Origin: a virus
Length of the DNA: 63,344 nucleotides
Virus record (IMG/VR): IMGVR_UViG_3300032144_000009
Span: 1 to 63,344 of that record
Strand: one strand, 5' to 3'
The notes under the pieces were generated by a model, which was not told the origin of the DNA, ran no database searches, and saw only the letters and a list, made by a program, of their open reading frames with translations. Position numbers and translations under genes: made by a program. Below are positions 1 to 7,161 of the stretch, in pieces. Positions within the stretch are counted from its first letter, which is position 1, and each line of letters begins with the position of its first letter.

Positions 1-127
1 GAGGTTTGTGCAGCAAGGCGCGCTGCATCCATCATCTCGCGGTTCTGTATCATCGCCGCGGAATAGAAGTTGTTGCACGCTGCTTCGCGCTTCGAACGCA
101 GGGAGTTGATGCGGACTTGACAGTCCG
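1..127. repeat. Terminal identity: 1-127 is an exact copy of 63218-63344 (circular-assembly overlap or short terminal redundancy)
   Basis: Both ends read gaggtttgtgcagcaaggcgcgc...gatgcggacttgacagtccg. A minus-strand ORF reads through the junction without interruption. Confidence 0.95.
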
Positions 128-161
128 CAAGCGAGCGCCGGATCTGGTAGAAGTCGTTCAT
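1..161 (-). CDS. Hypothetical protein, 5' portion. It is 79 aa once the window is circularised; the 3' portion is 63139-63217.
   Basis: The ATG at 161-159 overlaps the TGA of the upstream resolvase-like gene (ATGA). MNDFYQIRRSLADCQVRINSLRSKREAACNNFYSAAMIQNREMMDAARLAAQTS continues as LDAELDEVVTQTMLLTQLIEKSSGL* at the other end of the window. Confidence 0.5.
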   Translation of the reverse strand, partial: MNDFYQIRRSLADCQVRINSLRSKREAACNNFYSAAMIQNREMMDAARLAAQT

Positions 162-622
162 GCGCTAACGCTTCCGACGCCGACTTCCATCAGCTTTTGC
201 TTTGCCCACAGCTCCCACCACGCTAGAAAGTCTTCCCACGTGAATTCGACGCGTAGACGGGTGAACTTTTTGCTCGGAAGTTCGACGTAGGCTAGCGTCA
301 CGCATTTCCACTTCTTCCCGTTCTGGCGATATAGCAGGACGGGGTGTTCCGATACCTTTTCGGCCGATGCGACGCATTGTGCCCACCATGTGTTGAGCGC
401 CAGTTGCTCTTGACGCTTGACCTCAATGCAGAGGCCAAGCGTGTTCACCAGATCCTGCCCGCCGACGGCGGACTGATTCTGGTTGCGCTGCACAGAGGTG
501 GCTTGGTTGTAGATTTCCTTCTCGGGGAACTCAAGTTGCTTTCGCAACCGGTAGAGAACGAGGTTCATGGCGTCCGCCACCTCCCGTTCTCCTCCTGCAC
601 CCTTCTGACGCACGTTGATCAT
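158..622 (-). CDS. Holliday-junction-resolvase-like PD-(D/E)XK nuclease
   Basis: 154 aa with ATG at 622. GGEREVA ... GGQDLV ... IEVKRQE gives the E / D / E-x-K spacing typical of Hjc-type resolvases. Confidence 0.65.
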   Translation of the reverse strand: MINVRQKGAGGEREVADAMNLVLYRLRKQLEFPEKEIYNQATSVQRNQNQSAVGGQDLVNTLGLCIEVKRQEQLALNTWWAQCVASAEKVSEHPVLLYRQNGKKWKCVTLAYVELPSKKFTRLRVEFTWEDFLAWWELWAKQKLMEVGVGSVSA

Positions 623-798
623 GCGATGACCTTGCGTAGACGTTGGACCCGCTTCTGCAGCTTGGACACTTCACAGTCCCATGCTTCTTTTGCGACTTGA
701 GCATCGAGGAGCTCAAGTTCGGCGATTTGCAGTTGCTTCTTGGCGTAAGCCTGGGGCTTGGGCAAGAAGATGCTGAGGTGGCGCTTGATCCAATTCAT
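619..798 (-). CDS. Hypothetical 59-aa coiled-coil protein (below the ORF-track cutoff)
   Basis: Hand translation gives MNWIKRHLSIFLPKPQAYAKKQLQIAELELLDAQVAKEAWDCEVSKLQKRVQRLRKVIA*. It has ATGA overlaps with both neighbours (795-798 and 619-622). Confidence 0.5.
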   Translation of the reverse strand: MNWIKRHLSIFLPKPQAYAKKQLQIAELELLDAQVAKEAWDCEVSKLQKRVQRLRKVIA

Positions 799-1115
799 AG
801 CTTGTTCCTGTGGATTAGGGATATGAGCGAAATGCTCACTTTGTACTTTACCGCCAGTTCACTTTGCTTTGCGCCGGATACAAGTTCCTTCTTGATTGCG
901 TCGTTGCGAGCCTGCAACTTCCAACGTCGGAGAATGGTGCTGCCAGCGCGATTCAGCAATCGGCTCTTGACGCACCCGAACATATTCGCATGGATCTCAT
1001 ACGTCGAGAACCTGTGATCATTGGCGCATTTGCGGTCCCGGCGAGTGATCAACCCTCCGTACACTTCGCGGGTGGCCAATACGGATGACCACACTCCGCA
1101 TTTCGTGCACTTCAT
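795..1115 (-). CDS. NrdR-like zinc-ribbon protein with C-terminal HTH (putative transcription regulator)
   Basis: MKCTKCGVWSSVLATREVYGGLITRRDRKCANDHRFSTYE resembles the NrdR N-terminal ribbon. The C-terminal GAKQSELAVKYKVSISLISLI looks like an HTH. No ATP-cone is present. Confidence 0.55.
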   Translation of the reverse strand: MKCTKCGVWSSVLATREVYGGLITRRDRKCANDHRFSTYEIHANMFGCVKSRLLNRAGSTILRRWKLQARNDAIKKELVSGAKQSELAVKYKVSISLISLIHRNKL

Positions 1116-1456
1116 CGGTCAGGCAGCTCAGGCCACACAAGCTTCTCGGATACGTAGGGCCAGGATGCACGTTGCACCGCGCCACCGCATATCATGTCGA
1201 CACCCGTATTGGCCGCTGCTTCCAGGTCTGCAAGCATGACCCGGGCCGATTGCAGGCGGCTGGGGCCGTTAAACCAGCGCCGCACCGCGTACCCCCTTAC
1301 CAGACTCCAAACGGTGCACAGCGCGACGGTTACGCTGCCCGCTGCTACCTTGTCGTCGATCGTGTACAGACACCCCATCGTGATAAGCCAGCTGCCAATC
1401 ATACCAACGACGGTGCCGAAGAAGACCTCTTTAGCTGAGTCAATGCGAGTTTGCAT
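1112..1456 (-). CDS. Hypothetical membrane protein
   Basis: 114 aa with two hydrophobic segments (FFGTVVGMIGSWLITMGCLY and VTVALCTVWSLV). ATGA overlap with the downstream gene. Confidence 0.6.
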   Translation of the reverse strand: MQTRIDSAKEVFFGTVVGMIGSWLITMGCLYTIDDKVAAGSVTVALCTVWSLVRGYAVRRWFNGPSRLQSARVMLADLEAAANTGVDMICGGAVQRASWPYVSEKLVWPELPDR

Positions 1457-1458
1457 GT

Positions 1459-1863
1459 TTACCTCGTCTGGAGGTAAGGCTCAGGTGTATCACCGCCACC
1501 ATAACCGTCTTGGCGTGGTTCGCCCCCATTGTGCAACGTAGGCAGCGTGCCACCTCGGTGAAACCCTTCAGGCGGAATTTGCAGATTTGCAAGTTGCGTC
1601 AAACATGCAGGCTCGTTGAAAAACAGAGGTGTCTCCTCCTCCTTGCGCATCTCTTGCCAGCGCACCAGGGAATCGATCGCTTCCTTGATGTCCTTGCGGA
1701 TGTCCTTGCCGGCACCGCGCCCACCAGCGACCAGCAGCTTCTTCACCGCATGCTGCACGCACGGGTCAGTGACGTCGAACAGTTGAAGCACACGATAGAC
1801 ATCGATGTACTCCCAGCCCTTGACACTCTTGAAGTAGTGGTTGTGTTCGCGCGTGTCAGCCAT
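1459..1863 (-). CDS. Hypothetical protein, DUF3310-like
   Basis: 134 aa. HYFKSVKGWEYIDVYRVL ... HAVKKLLVAGGRGAGKDIRKDIKEAIDSL resembles the DUF3310 pattern recalled from phage proteins. Confidence 0.5.
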   Translation of the reverse strand: MADTREHNHYFKSVKGWEYIDVYRVLQLFDVTDPCVQHAVKKLLVAGGRGAGKDIRKDIKEAIDSLVRWQEMRKEEETPLFFNEPACLTQLANLQIPPEGFHRGGTLPTLHNGGEPRQDGYGGGDTPEPYLQTR

Positions 1864-2041
1864 TGTTCGTCACCTTGAAGTGCTTGCGGAATTCGACTTC
1901 GCTCAGCTCGGTCGTTTCACCGACGGGAAGTTTCTCTTCGTGTGTCTCCCACACGGTATCAGACCACTCGATCGGTGGCAGGGGCTTGCGCCCGAATACC
2001 TTGTTCAGCAGACTGATTTCTTCTTGATCGTGCGACAGCAT
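1856..2041 (-). CDS. Hypothetical protein (61 aa)
   Basis: ATG at 2041 is preceded by AAGGAGG. I prefer it to the GTG at 2071 given in the ORF track. Confidence 0.55.
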   Translation of the reverse strand: MLSHDQEEISLLNKVFGRKPLPPIEWSDTVWETHEEKLPVGETTELSEVEFRKHFKVTNNG

Positions 2042-2406
2042 GGTGCCTCCTTGTATGGCGCCGGGTGGCACCCCGTGACGGTTCGGCAGATGCGCTTCAC
2101 TGCAACCCCGCTCGGTATCGATGTTAATCCACCCAGCATTGAAAATCGGAACGGTACTTCTTTTCTTGCATCGGCGCCCCGTTCTGGCCCCTGCTCGTGC
2201 TCACTAACGCCGGCCTGGCGCGTTCACCCGAGTTCTTACGTCCGATGCCAACTGTGGTCTCCTGCCCCACCGGAAGGGGAGTCGGTGCAGCGTGACGCGC
2301 TAGAGCGGAATACTTCAGTCTCCGATCCTGCGCATCCTCCGTTATGGGAGTGCTGCACCGCTTGATTCGTATTGTGCACAAACGCAGTTTGAACACAACG
2401 GTCGGA

Positions 2407-2631
2407 TTAAACGACCTTTAAGAAAGCCTCTTTCTCTTTGTTTCGTGTCGGCAGCGGTGCCCACCCGACATAGAAGTCATTGTTCGACCACTGACCGACG
2501 AGGCACATGCCATAACGCGTCAGGAGGAGGACTTTGACACCAAGGGGCGGGCTGGCGTCGCCCGCTCCTGGGTACAGATACGCGGGGCCTCCCGCGAGGT
2601 AAGTTTGAGCAGGTCTGGCGACAGCGTCCAT
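2407..2631 (-). CDS. Hypothetical protein (74 aa)
   Basis: In-frame ATG at 2631; the track start at 2637 is TTG. Same orientation as the surrounding operon. Confidence 0.5.
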   Translation of the reverse strand: MDAVARPAQTYLAGGPAYLYPGAGDASPPLGVKVLLLTRYGMCLVGQWSNNDFYVGWAPLPTRNKEKEAFLKVV

Positions 2632-2658
2632 TTGCAATCCTTTGACAGGTGGCCGTTC

Positions 2659-2847
2659 TTACCGCACCTCACGCAACACAGTTGAGCCATGATGGGTACC
2701 CCAGGGTGAAAAGAGGTAATACGACGCTAGCACGGTTGCCACGATGATCAACAGTGCAGCAATGACCACATGCCACCGCTTCAGCTTCGGTTCAGGGAGC
2801 CTGTAGTCGCGCTGTTGCTTCCGGCACTTGCGTTGATAGAAGGTCAT
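2659..2847 (-). CDS. Hypothetical single-pass membrane protein (62 aa)
   Basis: ATG at 2847 is preceded by GGAGA. The TM segment is WHVVIAALLIIVATVLASYYLF. Confidence 0.55.
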   Translation of the reverse strand: MTFYQRKCRKQQRDYRLPEPKLKRWHVVIAALLIIVATVLASYYLFSPWGTHHGSTVLREVR

Positions 2848-2848
2848 G

Positions 2849-2968
2849 TCATTTCTCCATTGGAAGGGCTTGCGACGCGATCCACGTGTTCCACCGCTTG
2901 TATCCGGTGACACGTTGATAATCGTAGATGTTCGTTGTACCGATGTAGAACGGTTCGTCGAATTTCAT
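2849..2968 (-). CDS. Possible 39-aa protein
   Basis: ATG at 2968 is preceded by GGAGA. Hand translation gives MKFDEPFYIGTTNIYDYQRVTGYKRWNTWIASQALPMEK*. Confidence 0.35.
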   Translation of the reverse strand: MKFDEPFYIGTTNIYDYQRVTGYKRWNTWIASQALPMEK

Positions 2969-3012
2969 ATTCGTCTCCAAACTGCACGGACCAGTAGACC
3001 GTCTAGTTTAGA

Positions 3013-3051
3013 GGAGGCGCCGCCAGCACTGTCAGATGATGCGGCGCCTCC
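3013..3051 (-). other. Perfect 11-bp inverted repeat (ggaggcgccgc / gcggcgcctcc) with a 17-nt loop
   Basis: Read directly. It lies about 165 nt downstream of the helicase stop in a region without a convincing ORF. No T-run follows it. Confidence 0.4.
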
Positions 3052-3215
3052 AAGCCTTGTGTGAGTCGTCAGGGACAACCACTAACCGTAGTCCGTCTTG
3101 CCACCATGGGCAGGTCGAGCGCTGACAGAGCTTTGCACACTACGCACGCAACCGCTGAAGGGTTGCGGAAATGCTTGTGCGAGCACTGTCAGCAAAAGGA
3201 TGAGAAACAGAAAGA

Positions 3216-4661
3216 TCACTTCGCAGCCTCGATGAGCACCAGCGACATCTTGGCGCGCGTTGCAGCAACGTAGCAAAGGTGATACTCCTGCTCGACCTGC
3301 CACGCTTGGCGCGCCCACTTGGAATGGCATTGGCTGCTGTTCAACCAGTACACGACCTCTGCCTCCAGACCCTTGGCCTTGTGGATGGTGGCCAACCTTA
3401 CCACACCTTCCTTGTCGGCGAACAGGTACTCGATACATTCGATGAGGTCCGGGATGGTACGGTTCGTCTCCACCAGCGCACCGATGAGCGCCATGATGGT
3501 TTCGTGCTTATCGCAGATGGCTTCCGCCTTGCCTTCGTCTTCCTTTGCATCAGCCTTGGCAACCTCGCGGTCACGCCACACATCAAGCTTCTCTTGCAGG
3601 TCGTCGATGCCGATCGCGTTCATCTTTTTGATCAGCGTCACCAGCCCCTGGCCGATCTCACGCCCCATCACCGTGACAGGGATGCGCGACTTGACCATAC
3701 GGAACGCTAGGGCGATCAAAGGCTTGGTCGTGCGGCACACCACCAGCTCACCGGGACGGAACGTTGTGGGCGACCATTCTTGGCCCAGCTGCACGACCTC
3801 GCCTTCAGGCGCGTTGTCGGCAGCCTCGATGTACGGTACCCACTGCTGCGCATACTTCACCACGGCCTGCGCGCAACGGTAGCTGATGGTTAGCGGAAGC
3901 TCCTTGCAGTTAAACTCGTCTCTGAATCGCTCCATAGACTCGCTGTCTGCTCCGCGGAAGCCGTAGATCGCTTGCTTGGGGTCGCCCACTGCAATCAGAC
4001 GCGACGTCGGCTTCATGATCTTGCGCAGCAGCTCACGCTGGATCAGGTTCGTGTCCTGCACTTCGTCCACGAACACCCAGTCGAACTTCGGCAGAGCGAT
4101 GTCGTCGAGTACCGCGCGGTACAGCAGGTCGTCGAAGTCGACTTGCTTCGACAGGTTGGACATCTGCAGAAGCTGGCTGGCGTACTCCAACCCGCGACGG
4201 AAGTCAGCGCGCTCGCTCTCGGGTTCCAGGTCGTGGCGCAGTGCAAGCTCTTGCATGACTTGCACGCTGTCCGGAATGACGTAGCCCACCCCTGCGTTGC
4301 GTGCAAGGCCCACAAGGCGGCATGCAAATGCGCCGTAGATGAACTCGTCCCTGCCCATGAACTCCTTGCACAGGTTGCGCAGCTTGTTCGTCTCGACGTT
4401 GCGCTGGCCGAGGAACGACAGCACGGGCGAGAACGTAAGCGAGTGGAACGTGCGTGCGTTGACGCCCCGATCCTTGAGCTCTTCTGCGATCGACTTGTTG
4501 AACGCGAGGAAGATGTGCGAACCCCTGGCGCGGTTGACCGCTTCCACAAGGGTTGTGGACTTGCCGCTGCCCGCCACTGCTTTGACCAGCGCGTTGCCTG
4601 CGTTCGGGTCTTCGACGTGTGCAAAGACCGCTTGTTGATAGGGGGACCAGATGCGTGCCAT
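3216..4661 (-). CDS. UvrD/Rep-family (SF1) DNA helicase
   Basis: 481 aa. Walker A is AGSGKSTT, and FVDEVQD, GDPKQAIYGFRGA and TIHKAKGLEA motifs are present. ATG is preceded by GGAG. Confidence 0.9.
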   Translation of the reverse strand: MARIWSPYQQAVFAHVEDPNAGNALVKAVAGSGKSTTLVEAVNRARGSHIFLAFNKSIAEELKDRGVNARTFHSLTFSPVLSFLGQRNVETNKLRNLCKEFMGRDEFIYGAFACRLVGLARNAGVGYVIPDSVQVMQELALRHDLEPESERADFRRGLEYASQLLQMSNLSKQVDFDDLLYRAVLDDIALPKFDWVFVDEVQDTNLIQRELLRKIMKPTSRLIAVGDPKQAIYGFRGADSESMERFRDEFNCKELPLTISYRCAQAVVKYAQQWVPYIEAADNAPEGEVVQLGQEWSPTTFRPGELVVCRTTKPLIALAFRMVKSRIPVTVMGREIGQGLVTLIKKMNAIGIDDLQEKLDVWRDREVAKADAKEDEGKAEAICDKHETIMALIGALVETNRTIPDLIECIEYLFADKEGVVRLATIHKAKGLEAEVVYWLNSSQCHSKWARQAWQVEQEYHLCYVAATRAKMSLVLIEAAK

Positions 4662-4866
4662 GTTCGTTTACTCCGGTAGGCAGTTGAATGAGGGTTGCAG
4701 TGTACCGCACTGCGTCGGATGTGTCCTGTTAGAGGACAATGACTTCGATGTCAGCGTCGGTGTATTCGTAGACTTCCATTTCGTTCTCCGTTGGTTGCAG
4801 ATGACGTAATAGTGGACGAACGGAGGTCACGATGCAACCCCTAATTCACATCTTTACAATGTAACA

Positions 4867-4896
4867 AAGGGCCCACACATCCCTGCGTTGGCCCTT
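4867..4896 (-). terminator. Candidate stem-loop terminator after gene 4906-5853
   Basis: On the minus strand AAGGGCC - 16 nt - GGCCCTT is followed by TGTTAC. The T-run is weak. Confidence 0.35.
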
Positions 4897-4905
4897 CAAA
4901 CACGA

Positions 4906-5853
4906 TCAGCGGATCTGCGTGCTCTGTGCAGCTTGCGTGCCGCTTGCGGTCATGGTGCCCAGGTTCACGATGTCCTGGTCACTGCGCGTGCGCTGCACCT
5001 GATTGCCGATGTTGGCAATGATGGCGAACAGGCGGTTGAAGCGCTCGTCTTCGAACCGTTGGTGCTGCCACTGCGCCTGGGCTTGTGCTTGCGTCTGGTT
5101 GACGTTCTGCGACACGGAGACCTCCACGTCACGGACGCGACGAGCGGTACGCTCCTCGGCCAGTGCCGATTCCGCAACGCCGAGTTGGCGCTGCAGATTG
5201 GCTTCGTGGTACAGAGCGATCTGCCCACGGGTCTTGTCACCATCGTCACGCACGGTCTCCTTGACCTTGCACAGCCCTTCGAGCACGTTGTTGTTCGTGA
5301 TGGTGAAACCGTTCTGCACGGTATCCTTCACGTTCGACAACGATTGCAGCGTCGCCAGGAGCGCGGCTTGCGTCGCGTCCTTGTTGTTGGCGAAGCCTTG
5401 CTGCACACCCAGCGCCAGGGATGCCAGGGACTGGCAGATCTGATTCTGCGTTTCCAGCGCAGTCGCCGGCACAGCAGCGCGCAGGTCGCTCTGGCCTTCC
5501 ATCAGGGTCTGCAGGATCGCAGTGCGACCATTGCCGTCACCGCAGTCGTCGCCACCACCGAAGCCACCACGACCGCGGAGCAGCGCCAGGAGCAGGATTG
5601 CCCAGATGCCGTTACCGCCGAAGCCGCTGTCGTCGTGATGACCACGCTGAGCCATGGCCATCAAAGGCCCGACCCAGTTCGCGGAATCGTCGTTCCGGTT
5701 GCCCAGAGCAGCGATCAGCGCGGCGTTGTCGTTCCCTTGATTGCGGTTGCCCAGCGCAGCGATGACGGCCGCTAGGCCTGCACCGTACCCGCCACCACCG
5801 CCTTCACCTCCGCCAACGTTGATGTTGACCTTGTCAGATGCGATACCTTCCAT
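4906..5853 (-). CDS. Hypothetical protein with a Gly-rich and hydrophobic N-terminus and a Q/N-rich coiled-coil C-terminus
   Basis: 315 aa, ATG preceded by GAGG. GGGEGGGGGYGAG; a duplicated AA(V/L)IAALGNRN; a TM-like GIWAILLLALL; then a long Q/N/A-rich helix (QTQAQAQAQWQ). Confidence 0.6.
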   Translation of the reverse strand: MEGIASDKVNINVGGGEGGGGGYGAGLAAVIAALGNRNQGNDNAALIAALGNRNDDSANWVGPLMAMAQRGHHDDSGFGGNGIWAILLLALLRGRGGFGGGDDCGDGNGRTAILQTLMEGQSDLRAAVPATALETQNQICQSLASLALGVQQGFANNKDATQAALLATLQSLSNVKDTVQNGFTITNNNVLEGLCKVKETVRDDGDKTRGQIALYHEANLQRQLGVAESALAEERTARRVRDVEVSVSQNVNQTQAQAQAQWQHQRFEDERFNRLFAIIANIGNQVQRTRSDQDIVNLGTMTASGTQAAQSTQIR

Positions 5854-5938
5854 GATATACCTCTACTTGGAGCGAGGGCAAAATTACCCCCAACAGCAAG
5901 TTTTCGGTATTACAGTTACGGCCGCAATACGCGCCTAA

Positions 5939-5972
5939 CGCTTAGTTAGAGCTAGAGCTTAGTTAGCGCTAG
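5939..5972. repeat. Tandem direct repeat GCTTAGTTAG(A/C)GCTAG x2 immediately upstream of the 5978 start codon
   Basis: The sequence reads cgcttagttagagctagagcttagttagcgctagtactt ATG. It sits in the divergent gap between the 5853 (-) and 5978 (+) starts. Confidence 0.8.
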
Positions 5973-5977
5973 TACTT

Positions 5978-6184
5978 ATGACACCTTTACAGTTCGATTG
6001 CCTCGCTAAGTTGATGCGATCAAGGGGAGCTTCGAGGGAGGGGGCGCGCTTAGTCCTGGTCGAAGGACTTCGCCCATGCGACGCAGCACGGGCGTTGAAT
6101 GTCAACCCCGTGCTTATCTCAGTCAGTTTAGCGCACTATCGAGAGGCGCTGAAGCTTATCCAGGAGGCGTTTCTTCCGGGATAG
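5978..6184 (+). CDS. Small HTH DNA-binding protein (putative regulator). It is the only + strand gene inside the leftward block.
   Basis: 68 aa. GLRPCDAARALNVNPVLISVSLAHYR is HTH-like. There is no Shine-Dalgarno sequence. Its 3' end overlaps the convergent gene 6156-6488 by 29 nt. Confidence 0.5.
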   Translation: MTPLQFDCLAKLMRSRGASREGARLVLVEGLRPCDAARALNVNPVLISVSLAHYREALKLIQEAFLPG

Positions 6185-6488
6185 GGCGGTTCCACAGCGT
6201 ACCGCACATGCAGAAGACTTGATAAGCCGTCGGTGACATGCTCGGTGCGGGCAGGCAGTGCTGGCAACCATGACCACGCACAATCTTCCAGCCTCCGGGA
6301 GGCGCCAGGACATTGAAGTCGTCGAGCATGTTCAGATGCAACATCTCGCTGACCTGTTTGTAGGCGCGTTCGTGCAGCGGCGCACCCTTGGCACCTGACA
6401 TCCCGTGCGTCGACAGATACTGGTCGTATCCGAAGTTCCTGCTAGCGCAGTAGACCTCGATGCTGTTCCAGATGCTAGTGCTTGACAT
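6156..6488 (-). CDS. Hypothetical protein (110 aa)
   Basis: ATG at 6488 is preceded by GGGAG. The track start at 6566 adds an R/P-rich extension that looks non-genuine. Confidence 0.5.
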   Translation of the reverse strand: MSSTSIWNSIEVYCASRNFGYDQYLSTHGMSGAKGAPLHERAYKQVSEMLHLNMLDDFNVLAPPGGWKIVRGHGCQHCLPAPSMSPTAYQVFCMCGTLWNRPIPEETPPG

Positions 6489-6756
6489 TGGAATCTCCCG
6501 GTATGAACATGGGTGCAGGAGGTGTCTGCGAAGCCCATTGCTTGGCGAGGTAGTCGGCCAGTGCAACGAAGTTATTGTCGATCATGAGTATGCACTCGTT
6601 CTGATTGTGCAACACATCACGATGGGAGTTCACCATGACATGCAACTCGCGCAGCGTGCGGTTGAAGCGATAGACCGCATACAGCGTCCACGCAAGGGCA
6701 ACGAAGAACGCGACCATAAGCACAGACAGCAGCGTCAGGAGTTGGAGGTCGCTCAC
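6475..6756 (-). CDS. Hypothetical membrane protein (93 aa)
   Basis: The GTG start overlaps the upstream TGA (GTGA). The N-terminal TM segment is LLTLLSVLMVAFFVALAWTLYAV. Confidence 0.5.
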   Translation of the reverse strand: MSDLQLLTLLSVLMVAFFVALAWTLYAVYRFNRTLRELHVMVNSHRDVLHNQNECILMIDNNFVALADYLAKQWASQTPPAPMFIPGDSNVKH

Positions 6757-7034
6757 AGAATTCCCTTTTTGGCGTCAAGCTCCGCCGTATCGTTGATCGG
6801 AAAGAACTCGTTCAAGGCCTGCACCGCACGGATGTGAAATGTCGCCGTGTTGCGGTACTTCTGACGGTTCCTCTGCACGAGGAAGACGCGACCCTTGGCT
6901 GCTTTCTCCGCCCACACCCCTTCGAGCCTGTCGTTCCGCAAATACTCGAACCAGTGCCACAAGCGCAGCTCACGCAGCGCTTGCAGGTTCTTCGTATTGC
7001 GAGTCAGGCCCAGCTGACTGATCGGTGTGCTCAT
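6753..7034 (-). CDS. Hypothetical protein (93 aa)
   Basis: ATG at 7034, same orientation as the operon. Confidence 0.5.
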   Translation of the reverse strand: MSTPISQLGLTRNTKNLQALRELRLWHWFEYLRNDRLEGVWAEKAAKGRVFLVQRNRQKYRNTATFHIRAVQALNEFFPINDTAELDAKKGIL

Positions 7035-7161
7035 GTTTGATCCAGGTTGTCTTGCAGTGCTTACAGCGATGCAAGGTTGCGATAGATTGAGGTGGCGTGC
7101 ATTCCTTGCACCCCTGCCGAGTGTACTTGGCTTCTGTTCTGATGCGGTAGTTAGAGGTCAC
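6970..7161 (-). CDS. Possible zinc-ribbon protein (63 aa)
   Basis: GTG start directly after the upstream TAA. It carries CKEC ... CKHC. Its last 65 nt overlap gene 6753-7034. Confidence 0.4.
   Translation of the reverse strand: MTSNYRIRTEAKYTRQGCKECTPPQSIATLHRCKHCKTTWIKHEHTDQSAGPDSQYEEPASAA

Noticed and set aside
2124-2396. A 90-aa minus-strand ORF in the 335-bp gap.
   Set aside because: It has a GTG start without an RBS and a low-complexity, Arg-rich sequence. I treat the region as non-coding and report it as a finding instead.
3082-3219. A 45-aa hydrophobic ORF whose GTG start overlaps the helicase stop (GTGA).
   Set aside because: It is only the tail of a longer shadow ORF that lies within the helicase gene in another reading frame. 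It has no RBS and only weak support.
4729-4779. A 16-aa micro-ORF (MEVYEYTDADIEVIVL) with a GGAGA RBS upstream of the helicase gene.
   Set aside because: It is too short to support from sequence alone. It could be a leader peptide, but no attenuator structure is evident apart from a 6-bp palindrome at its stop codon.
5978-6184. The small HTH protein as a CI-like lysogeny repressor, implying a temperate lifestyle.
   Set aside because: I recognised no integrase, excision, partition or prophage-maintenance genes anywhere in the genome. The gene is more likely a lytic-cycle regulator.
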